DNA of 34,388 nucleotides from a virus. Taxonomy: Duplodnaviria > Caudoviricetes. The translations under genes and the position numbers were made by a program. The notes below the pieces were generated by a model, which was not told where the DNA came from, ran no database searches, and saw nothing but the letters and a program-made list of their open reading frames with translations. This document shows, piece after piece, positions 7,629 to 14,548 of this stretch. How positions within the stretch are numbered: the first letter of the stretch is position 1; each line of letters opens with the position of its first letter. Where the stretch lies: IMG/VR virus record IMGVR_UViG_3300043036_000465, positions 1-34,388 of that record; one strand, written 5' to 3'.

Positions 7629-7682
7629 GCGGCGGGACAACCCCGCCGCCGCCGGGGGTGGTTTCTATCTTACACCCCCGGC
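7629..7682 (+). promoter_or_regulatory. Twin stem-loop RNA element after the first rightward early gene
   Basis: 8-bp stem 7629-7636/7642-7649, a single C at 7650, then a 10-bp stem 7651-7660/7673-7682. Confidence 0.6.
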
Positions 7683-7713
7683 ACCCTTTCCCTTATCATC
7701 ACGGGCCATCTTG

Positions 7714-7962
7714 ATGACTGATCAACGCCAGGGCGTCACTAAAACCCAGCACAAGATGCTGGATCTGTTGGATGCCCGCACCCCGCTGTGGAACATGGGC
7801 AGGATCGACGAACATGCTGCGCGCCTTGATCGCGAAGCATGCCGCGATCGGCCCGATTTTCTGATGATGGCCGCGCTGGCCCTGCATCTGGCTGAACGCG
7901 CTGCGGTGGCCGCCACCACCTGCAAAGTAGTGGGCGCCAATATCGATCAGGTGCAGCCGTGA
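7714..7962 (+). CDS. Hypothetical protein (MTDQRQG..., 82 aa)
   Basis: ATG at 7714 after the hairpins; stop overlaps the next start (GTGA). Confidence 0.6.
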   Translation: MTDQRQGVTKTQHKMLDLLDARTPLWNMGRIDEHAARLDREACRDRPDFLMMAALALHLAERAAVAATTCKVVGANIDQVQP

Positions 7963-8180
7963 AGTTGCGTTCAAATCTGATCACCATACTGGGGCGGGTA
8001 CACAACCCAAGGCTGCGCGCGCATCGGTTCCGGTGCCAAGGCTGCGCCAAGATCATTGGCGATGGCAGCGATATCATCATCGAACGCCGGGGCAGTTCGT
8101 CCCACGGATATCATCAGCCCTGTTTCACATCGGTGGCCGGCCACGCTGCTGCCAGGCGCGATCACGAGCGCGCCGCATGA
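7959..8180 (+). CDS. Small putative zinc-finger protein
   Basis: CQGC...HQPC ligand pattern; overlaps both neighbouring genes. Confidence 0.65.
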   Translation: MKLRSNLITILGRVHNPRLRAHRFRCQGCAKIIGDGSDIIIERRGSSSHGYHQPCFTSVAGHAAARRDHERAA

Positions 8181-8827
8181 ACCTGTTCCCCAATCTGCCG
8201 GCCGCCCTTAGCCCTGCCACGATCGGGAACACCCGCCTTTCGCCGGAGCAAGCCGCCCAGCGCGGCGCCGGTAAATCTGCTTTCGCCAAGGATGCGCTGA
8301 ACCGATATGACACGATCGATCCCCGCGCCGTGGCCGCCCTGCTGCCGCACTTGGCCCCGCGCACCCGGTTCATCGAACCCTGCGCGGGCAAGGGCGATCT
8401 GGTGCGCCAACTGCAGGCCGCCGGGCACCTGTGCGTGTCGGCTTTCGATATCGCCCCGCGCGCCGAAGGCATTGGCACAGTGGACGCCGCCACCTGGGCC
8501 AACACGGCACAGTCACGCGATGCCATCATCATCACCAATCCGCCGTTCGATTGGGCGATGCTGCACCCGCTGCTGGAAAATTGGCGGGATCAGGTGCTGA
8601 TCAGCTGGCTGCTGCTGCCGGCAGCGTTCATGCACACCCACAGCAATGGCCGCGGCGAAGTCATCCAGCGCACCCGCAAGATCGTGAGCATCGGCCGGCT
8701 GAAATGGGTGATTCCCTCTGATAACGACGATACCAAAGATTACTGCTGGTATCAGATCGGCAGCACTCCCGCGCCCGGCAACACTCCCGCCTTCCACGGC
8801 CGGGCTTGGCAAAAGGTGCAGCCATGA
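8177..8827 (+). CDS. Orphan DNA amino (probably N6-adenine) methyltransferase
   Basis: Motif I FIEPCAGKGDL followed by motif IV IITNPPF; start at the ATGA overlap at 8177. Confidence 0.85.
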   Translation: MNLFPNLPAALSPATIGNTRLSPEQAAQRGAGKSAFAKDALNRYDTIDPRAVAALLPHLAPRTRFIEPCAGKGDLVRQLQAAGHLCVSAFDIAPRAEGIGTVDAATWANTAQSRDAIIITNPPFDWAMLHPLLENWRDQVLISWLLLPAAFMHTHSNGRGEVIQRTRKIVSIGRLKWVIPSDNDDTKDYCWYQIGSTPAPGNTPAFHGRAWQKVQP

Positions 8828-9150
8828 TCATCGATGCGCTTGATTTCCTGATTCTGATCAGCGGCTGCACCTTTGCCGGTGGCATGCTGGCGTTCAATGC
8901 CGGCATCAGCAAGGGTTGCGATATCAGCCAGGCATCAGTGGAACGCGCGGCGAACGCTTTTGCCCGCGACAACGGCGCCACCATCGCCCTGGGCAAGGCC
9001 ATGATCGATGTGCTGAAGCGCCACGCCGCCGCCCGCGGCTTTGCCGGCAGCGAACTGGAAATCACCACCCAGATGAACTGGGATCACGCCGGCCGCACCT
9101 ACACATTCACCCTGAAAGAGGCCGATCACCTGGAAGGCCGGGCCAACTGA
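8824..9150 (+). CDS. Hypothetical protein with an N-terminal hydrophobic segment
   Basis: ATGA overlap at 8824; LDFLILISGCTFAGGMLAF hydrophobic stretch. Confidence 0.6.
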   Translation: MIIDALDFLILISGCTFAGGMLAFNAGISKGCDISQASVERAANAFARDNGATIALGKAMIDVLKRHAAARGFAGSELEITTQMNWDHAGRTYTFTLKEADHLEGRAN

Positions 9151-9341
9151 TGGCCACCCGCGCCGCCCGCGCCCGCTATGCCACAAAGGCCGCTGTTGCG
9201 CGGGCTGTGGCCGTGGCGCGCGCCTGCGGCATCGATCCGGGTGGGCTGGAACTTGCGCCCGATGGCACGATCCGTATCATTCCCGCCAGCGCCCGGCCAC
9301 TGGACCTGTTCGAACAGCTGGATGCGCAGGGGAAGTTATGA
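9150..9341 (+). CDS. Putative excisionase or recombination directionality factor (63 aa)
   Basis: MATRAARARYATKAAVARAVAVARACG...LAPDGTIRII; small, basic N-terminus; stop overlaps the integrase start (ATGA). Confidence 0.55.
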   Translation: MATRAARARYATKAAVARAVAVARACGIDPGGLELAPDGTIRIIPASARPLDLFEQLDAQGKL

Positions 9342-10405
9342 CGATCAAGGGCCTGCACTTTGTCGCCCGCCGCCAGCAGGGCCGGCCGATTCGCTGGCAC
9401 GTTTACGCCTGGCGCGGCGGCCCCTGCATCCTGCGCAGCGAAGGCGGGCCCCGGCCCACGCTCACCCCCGATGCGCTGGCCCGCTATCAGGCCGCCATCG
9501 CCGAACGCCATGCCGTGCCGGCCGATACGATCCACGGGCTGGCCACCAACTGGCGGGGCAGCGCGGCGTGGCAGGCGATGGCCGCCACCACCCGCCGGCA
9601 ATGGGCTTACACCCTGGCCGATATCGAAACCAAATGGGGAAAGATCCCGCTGGGCATTTTCGATGATCGCCGGATCCGGGCCAAAATCATCGGGTGGCGC
9701 GATGATGCCGCCGCCACGCCCCGCAAGGCGGATTATCGGGTGCAGGTGCTGTCGGCCCTGCTGGCCTATGGCCGCATGCTGGGCCGCCTCACCCACAACC
9801 ACGCCGAAGGCATCCCGCAACTGTACAAGGGCGGCCAGCGCAGCGCGATCATTTGGACGGTGGACGAAGTGCAAACGTGGCAGCATGCCGCGCAGCCGGT
9901 GCGCGATGCCGTCAACCTGGCGCGCCTCACCGGCCTGCGCCGCGGCGATCTGATCGCGCTGCCGATCGATGCCGCCGGCAATCACGCGATCGTGTGGCGC
10001 ACCGGCAAAAGCGGCCGGCGCGCTATTGTGCAGATCCCGATGCTGCCCGAACTGGCCCAGCTGGTGGCCGATCTGCGCACCCGCCACCGCGCGCCGGGCG
10101 TCACCAGCCTGCTGGTGAACAGCCACGGCCACCCGTGGACGCCCAACGGATTGGGCAGCAGCTTCACCGATGCCCGCGCCCTTCTGGCACTGCCCGATAA
10201 ACATTTCCACGATTTCCGCGGCACCTGGTGCACCGAACTTTGCCGGGCCAATCTCACCAACCGGGAAATTGCGCGGCTGATGGGGTGGACCGAAGCCCAG
10301 GTTGACACGATCCGCACGCTTTATGTTGACGAAGCGGCGGTGGTGGTGGCAATCGGCGAACGCCTAGCTGGCCGCACCGCTGTAAACGGAAGTGTAAACC
10401 AGTGA
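9338..10405 (+). CDS. int: Tyrosine integrase
   Basis: Catalytic residues R (TGLRRGD), K (TGKSG), HxxR (HDFR), W (LMGW) and Y (TLY); N-terminal arm-binding-like region; next to attP. Confidence 0.95.
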   Translation: MTIKGLHFVARRQQGRPIRWHVYAWRGGPCILRSEGGPRPTLTPDALARYQAAIAERHAVPADTIHGLATNWRGSAAWQAMAATTRRQWAYTLADIETKWGKIPLGIFDDRRIRAKIIGWRDDAAATPRKADYRVQVLSALLAYGRMLGRLTHNHAEGIPQLYKGGQRSAIIWTVDEVQTWQHAAQPVRDAVNLARLTGLRRGDLIALPIDAAGNHAIVWRTGKSGRRAIVQIPMLPELAQLVADLRTRHRAPGVTSLLVNSHGHPWTPNGLGSSFTDARALLALPDKHFHDFRGTWCTELCRANLTNREIARLMGWTEAQVDTIRTLYVDEAAVVVAIGERLAGRTAVNGSVNQ

Positions 10406-10562
10406 GCGCCAACGGGCCTAACCCGTTGATAAGCGGGTATGATGTAATGGTAGCCTGTCAGCTTCCCAAGCGGCAGGTTTCCCAGCAAGATCAATCGGTT
10501 GCGTGTAAACCGCCGAAAATCACGCCCAATCAAATCAAAGGGATACAGCCGGGGTGTAAACC
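10381..10562. other. attP site: arm-type repeats, IHF sites and tRNA-derived core
   Basis: TGTAAAC at 10381 and GTGTAAACC at 10392, 10503 and 10554; perfect IHF consensus TATCAAcgggTTA (minus strand, 10419-10431) and near-consensus gatcaatcggttg (10489-10501) flank the core. Confidence 0.85.
10433..10471 (+). pseudogene. 5' fragment of tRNA-Gly(CCC), the att core; not a complete tRNA
   Basis: GCGGGTA acceptor strand, D-loop TAATGGTA, anticodon arm TCAGC-TTCCCAA-GC; no T-arm or 3' acceptor strand follows. Confidence 0.85.
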
Positions 10563-10654
10563 GGAATCGCACACTTGCGCCGCGCTGGCGCTGTGGGTGC
10601 TAGGCGATCAGGTGATGGCGCGGCAGGCGGCGCGGGCTTGTGACGATGGGCAGC

Positions 10655-11041
10655 CTAGAACAGCCCCAGAAACTTGCGCTTCGGCTGCAGCGCGTCCCTG
10701 ATTTCGGCTTCGCGCGCTTCGCACCTGGCATAAATTTCGATGATCGTGGCACGGCCGGCGTTGGCGGTGGCCAGCTGCAACGTCTGGCTGGCGCCGAACG
10801 GCACCCAGGCGCGCGCGATCGCCTCCCAATCGGTGGCAGCGTTGCCGGTAAAGGCCGGTGCAGCGGGCAGCGCCGCGCTTGGCGTGTCAGCTGTTAGGCT
10901 TGGCGGGATCTGTTTGGCGCAGCGCGCAGGCGGGATCTGCAGCGCCACTTGTGGGCGAAAGCAGGCAGACAGCGGCAACGCCAGCGCGGTGCAGATCAGC
11001 AGGCGAAACGGCGCTGCGGATTTCAGATTGTGCAGCATCAT
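10655..11041 (-). CDS. Outer-membrane spanin (Rz1-like lipoprotein)
   Basis: Signal peptide with lipobox LSAC, Pro-rich mature region, overlaps the 3' end of the i-spanin gene in another frame. Confidence 0.8.
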   Translation of the reverse strand: MMLHNLKSAAPFRLLICTALALPLSACFRPQVALQIPPARCAKQIPPSLTADTPSAALPAAPAFTGNAATDWEAIARAWVPFGASQTLQLATANAGRATIIEIYARCEAREAEIRDALQPKRKFLGLF

Positions 11042-11276
11042 GAATCCTTTCGATGCGGCGGGTTTCGGTGAAATGGCGTTCGATCACGCGGGCGGCATCG
11101 CTGGCCGCCGCGCCGCGCTTGTCAGCCACCACGGTGCCGGCCTTGGCCGTGGCCAGGCGCGTGGCATCGCGTTCGGGCCGGCCGATCAGCAGCCACCACA
11201 GCAGCGTGATCAAACTAGCCGCCGCCAGGGCCAGCAGCAGCGCGATCGCCGGCCAGGTGCGGGCGGGCTTGATCAT
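10887..11276 (-). CDS. Inner-membrane spanin (Rz-like)
   Basis: N-terminal TM helix, helical periplasmic region, C-terminal cysteines; downstream of the endolysin. Confidence 0.75.
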   Translation of the reverse strand: MIKPARTWPAIALLLALAAASLITLLWWLLIGRPERDATRLATAKAGTVVADKRGAAASDAARVIERHFTETRRIERIHDAAQSEIRSAVSPADLHRAGVAAVCLLSPTSGAADPACALRQTDPAKPNS

Positions 11277-11572
11277 TTGGCAATCACTTCGTGGCTGCTC
11301 ACATCAACACTCATGCCTGCCGGCCCGTTGATCTTAAGATTACGCAATAGGTTGCGCGCCACCAGGCCCAGCTGCTGCACGCCCAGCAGCGCCAGATTGG
11401 CCAGCCCAAACGCGCCCAGCAGTTCGATGCGCTTGGCAGCCAGCGCCGGCGGCCACTGGCCATAGGCCAGATCGATGTGCAGCCAGGTCAGGTGCACGAT
11501 GGAATAGATGCCCAGCACCATCATGGCCGCACGGTAAACCCACCCGGCCCAGGCTTCAGCGGGCGGCCTCAT
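11273..11572 (-). CDS. Two-TM membrane protein; holin or antiholin candidate
   Basis: Start at the ATGA overlap with the endolysin stop; two hydrophobic helices; lies between endolysin and spanins. Confidence 0.6.
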   Translation of the reverse strand: MRPPAEAWAGWVYRAAMMVLGIYSIVHLTWLHIDLAYGQWPPALAAKRIELLGAFGLANLALLGVQQLGLVARNLLRNLKINGPAGMSVDVSSHEVIAK

Positions 11573-12039
11573 GCCGCCAGCCCTTCGGAATAGATCATGC
11601 GCCCGCCCGGCCGAACGGTGGCGGTGAGAACTTCGCCGCGCAGGCGGCCGGCGCGATAGGAAACATGAACCCACCCGCTTCCGGGCACTGCCGGGTGCCA
11701 GGCTTCCAGGATCAGCTGATCGAACGGGATGCGCGCATCGATGATGGCCTGCGCCAACGCCCGGTTTGAAAGGCCGGGCCGTTCAATATCCACCGCTTCG
11801 CCCAGCACGTGCTGCGATGTGGCCGCCCCGCCGATGCGCCGATTTAACGCCAGGCCACGATAGCCGGAATTGATCACCAGCGGGCCGCCAATGCGGGCCC
11901 GCAGCGGTTCAAGCACTTCGGTGCACAGCGTGCGCAGCGCCTGCAGCACGGCCGGTGGCGGGCTGTTGTCGATGCCGTGGCGCGCCGCCGCCTGCGATCG
12001 CGTCAATTCAGCCAGCGTAAAATTGGGTGACAGGTTCAC
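11569..12039 (-). CDS. Endolysin, peptidase M15A-like zinc peptidase
   Basis: GTG start with GGAGG RBS; LSPNFTLAEL, SGYR, SQH...GEAVD and WVHVS motifs. Confidence 0.9.
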   Translation of the reverse strand: MNLSPNFTLAELTRSQAAARHGIDNSPPPAVLQALRTLCTEVLEPLRARIGGPLVINSGYRGLALNRRIGGAATSQHVLGEAVDIERPGLSNRALAQAIIDARIPFDQLILEAWHPAVPGSGWVHVSYRAGRLRGEVLTATVRPGGRMIYSEGLAA

Positions 12040-12242
12040 GGCTTCGCCTCCAATTTCATCGCCGCCCGGCGCAGCGCATTGATCGCCAAGTGCCGGCCCA
12101 GCTGGGCCGGGATGCCGCATGTTTCCAGGAACACGGCTTCGCCTTTCGCCTGCGCCACGAATTCGCGGGCCAGGCGTTCGGTGATTTCATCGGCGGCATC
12201 GTTCGCCGCGGCCAGTTCGGCGAAGGCGTGCAGGGCCGTCAT
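12036..12242 (-). CDS. Small hypothetical protein (68 aa)
   Basis: 4-nt overlaps with the genes on both sides. Confidence 0.65.
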   Translation of the reverse strand: MTALHAFAELAAANDAADEITERLAREFVAQAKGEAVFLETCGIPAQLGRHLAINALRRAAMKLEAKP

Positions 12243-13897
12243 GCCCACCACCGCCCGCCGTCCATTGTGATCAGCTGCCGCTTGGCGTTGGCGTGCGTGA
12301 TCACGAAACTGTGGCTCCACCCGCTGGGCCCGGTGTTATATCCCTGATCCAGAGTGCCGAAGATTCCGGCCATCCACACCCCATCAATCACCTGCGGGCT
12401 ATGGCCGTGGCCAATCACCATCCGAACGGCCACGCGGGCCAGGTTGTTGGGATTGCCGCGCGCGCCGTTCGGGCCTTCATCCCCGTGCGCGCCCACCTCC
12501 ACACCGCCGGCGCTTTGGCACACCACAAAACTGCCGTTGCGCGGCACGAACACCACATCAGCCAGGCCGCGCCCGGTGGGATCGTGGGCGGCCAGCGCAT
12601 AGCTGATGATATCGAAATCATCATCACCGGCTTCGATCGCCCGATAAAGGCGGGTGGAAAGTTCGCACCAGTAACGGGCATTGGCTGGATCATCCGCCGG
12701 GCTGGCTTCGCGCAGCCACTTCACCAGCGCATCATTGTGGTTGCTGGCGGCCACGATCGAAATGCAATCATCGCGGGCTGTCTGCCGCAGGAACCGGGCC
12801 GCCTGCGCCACTTCGGCTTCCACGCTATCGGTGCCGCGTGCGTGCATCTTCACCTTGAAATGCGGATCATTGCGCCGGTGGTGATTGCGCACCTTGAAAT
12901 CGATCAGATCCTGAAACACCTGGTGCCGCGGTTTCAGGATATCGATCACGCTGCCAGCCTGGGCAACCGCTTCGGTTTCAACATCCAGGCCGAACACCGT
13001 GCGCGCCACAACAGGATCAAGCCCGATGCGGTGGATATCGCCCCAGGTTGCCGCCTCCACCCGTTCGCCCGCAAACACACGTTCGCCTGCAACCCGCGTT
13101 GTCAGATCCTGAAAACTGCCATCCTCTGCGGCGCCGATCTGGCGCGCAAACAGGCGGCCTTCGCCGTCAAGCTCCACCAGCACCGCGCCAATGCTGTGGT
13201 GGAATTCAGCTTTTTGCCCCGCTTTTTTTTCGATGTAGTTGGCGATCGTGCAGGCGCCCGTTGTCATTATGTGCGCCGCCGCTTCGCCCGGCTTGGCCGG
13301 CACGCTTAACAGCTGCACCTTGGCATGCGGGAACACTGCCCAGCGCCCACGGCTGAATGTTTCCAGCCCCGACAATGGCCGCACCGCGGTGGGCAGGATG
13401 TTCATCTTTGCCGCCCACAGCAGCGGCCCCAGATCAAAATTATCGTGGTCCAGATAGGGCTGCACCATGGGCGAGAATGCCGCCGTGCGGGTGGCGTGAT
13501 CTTCAAACAGCCCCTTTTGATAGGTGAAACCGGCCACCCGGATTTCGGCCCCGATGTGGCGGGCAAACGCCTGCAGATTGACCCAGAACGGGCCGTGCAC
13601 CGCCGTATCATCCTGGGCCGCTGTCAGCAGCCAACGCCGCACCGCTGGCCTGCGCGCCGCCAATTGGGCCGGCAACGCATCACACGCCGGCGGTGTCGCC
13701 AGTGGTGCGCCGGCATCGGCGCCGCGCTCACGGTGCCGCCGGATCGCGGCCAAGATGCCCGCTTTGCCCCCATAGCCGCCCAACTTTGCCAAGCCCCTGG
13801 CGCTGCCCGCCGCCTGTGCCGCTTCATAAATTGCGGCATCCTGCGCGGGATCAACGTCTGTGGCGTTGCGCGGCAGCTTGATTGCTGGGCCGGCCAT
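12239..13897 (-). CDS. Metallophosphoesterase resembling the T5 A1-like family, with a possible N-terminal HTH
   Basis: Calcineurin-like motifs WGDIH, FQD, SNHN, HGD and GHGH; C-terminal GPNGARG...YNTGPSGW...KRQLI recalled from A1-like phage proteins; start moved to the ATG at 13897. Confidence 0.75.
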   Translation of the reverse strand: MAGPAIKLPRNATDVDPAQDAAIYEAAQAAGSARGLAKLGGYGGKAGILAAIRRHRERGADAGAPLATPPACDALPAQLAARRPAVRRWLLTAAQDDTAVHGPFWVNLQAFARHIGAEIRVAGFTYQKGLFEDHATRTAAFSPMVQPYLDHDNFDLGPLLWAAKMNILPTAVRPLSGLETFSRGRWAVFPHAKVQLLSVPAKPGEAAAHIMTTGACTIANYIEKKAGQKAEFHHSIGAVLVELDGEGRLFARQIGAAEDGSFQDLTTRVAGERVFAGERVEAATWGDIHRIGLDPVVARTVFGLDVETEAVAQAGSVIDILKPRHQVFQDLIDFKVRNHHRRNDPHFKVKMHARGTDSVEAEVAQAARFLRQTARDDCISIVAASNHNDALVKWLREASPADDPANARYWCELSTRLYRAIEAGDDDFDIISYALAAHDPTGRGLADVVFVPRNGSFVVCQSAGGVEVGAHGDEGPNGARGNPNNLARVAVRMVIGHGHSPQVIDGVWMAGIFGTLDQGYNTGPSGWSHSFVITHANAKRQLITMDGGRWWA

Positions 13898-13899
13898 GT

Positions 13900-14100
13900 T
13901 CAGGCGTTCAGGCGCCGGCCAATAGCCGCGATGACACGCTGCGCCGTGTTGGTTTCGTAAATACGAATCACCGTCCAAATGATGGTGAACAGCGCGGCAA
14001 GGTTCGGCAGCCATTGCGCAAACGTGGCCAGCACAACGCCGAGCGACACTGCATCGGCCCCCACCTTCACGCTTTGGATTACATCATGGCTGTCGAACAT
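13900..14100 (-). CDS. Putative holin (66 aa)
   Basis: Hydrophobic VSLGVVLATFAQWLPNLAALFTIIWTVIRIYET, basic C-terminus, AGGA RBS; first gene after the tail module. Confidence 0.7.
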   Translation of the reverse strand: MFDSHDVIQSVKVGADAVSLGVVLATFAQWLPNLAALFTIIWTVIRIYETNTAQRVIAAIGRRLNA

Positions 14101-14164
14101 TTCAGCTGTTCCTGTAATCATTATGTAGAAGGCAGCGCGCCGGCGCCGTGAGACAGGTAATTTT

Positions 14165-14548
14165 TCACAGCGGCGGCAGCCCATCTTTGATTTGCTGGGC
14201 CTGGGCAGTTGTAAGTATGGCAATGGCTTCGGCACGATCGATACCGGCCCGCACCATGGCATCATCCAGATTGATCGGGCCTTCCCACGCTTCGAACAGG
14301 CTGCGGGCGCGGGCCATCTGCACGTCGGTGGATTGCTTCACCGCCAGATCGGCTTCGGGTGGCCACAGCAGCACATATTGAAACTTGCTGATCCAGCGCG
14401 TGGCGTCCACAAACGCCTGGCGCGGCACATCCCAGCGGGTTTGCAGCGGCACTTGGCGCAGGGTTTCGCCTTCGCCTGCGGTGGGCGCTTCGGCCACCGG
14501 CCCGGCCACGATCACACCGGTTTGATCATCGGTCACGATCCACATCAC
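14165..14548 (-). CDS. Hypothetical protein; possible tail-fibre assembly or accessory protein
   Basis: 127 aa, overlaps the tail fibre stop codon. Confidence 0.55.
   Translation of the reverse strand: MMWIVTDDQTGVIVAGPVAEAPTAGEGETLRQVPLQTRWDVPRQAFVDATRWISKFQYVLLWPPEADLAVKQSTDVQMARARSLFEAWEGPINLDDAMVRAGIDRAEAIAILTTAQAQQIKDGLPPL

Noticed and set aside
8177-8827. Restriction-modification system
   Set aside because: No neighbouring ORF with recognisable endonuclease motifs
10433-10510. Complete tRNA-Gly gene
   Set aside because: No T-arm (GTTCGA) or 3' acceptor strand; only the 5' 39 nt are tRNA-like, so it is treated as the att core
10402-10701. 99-aa ORF after the integrase
   Set aside because: Runs through the attP core, IHF sites and arm repeats; better explained as recombination-site DNA
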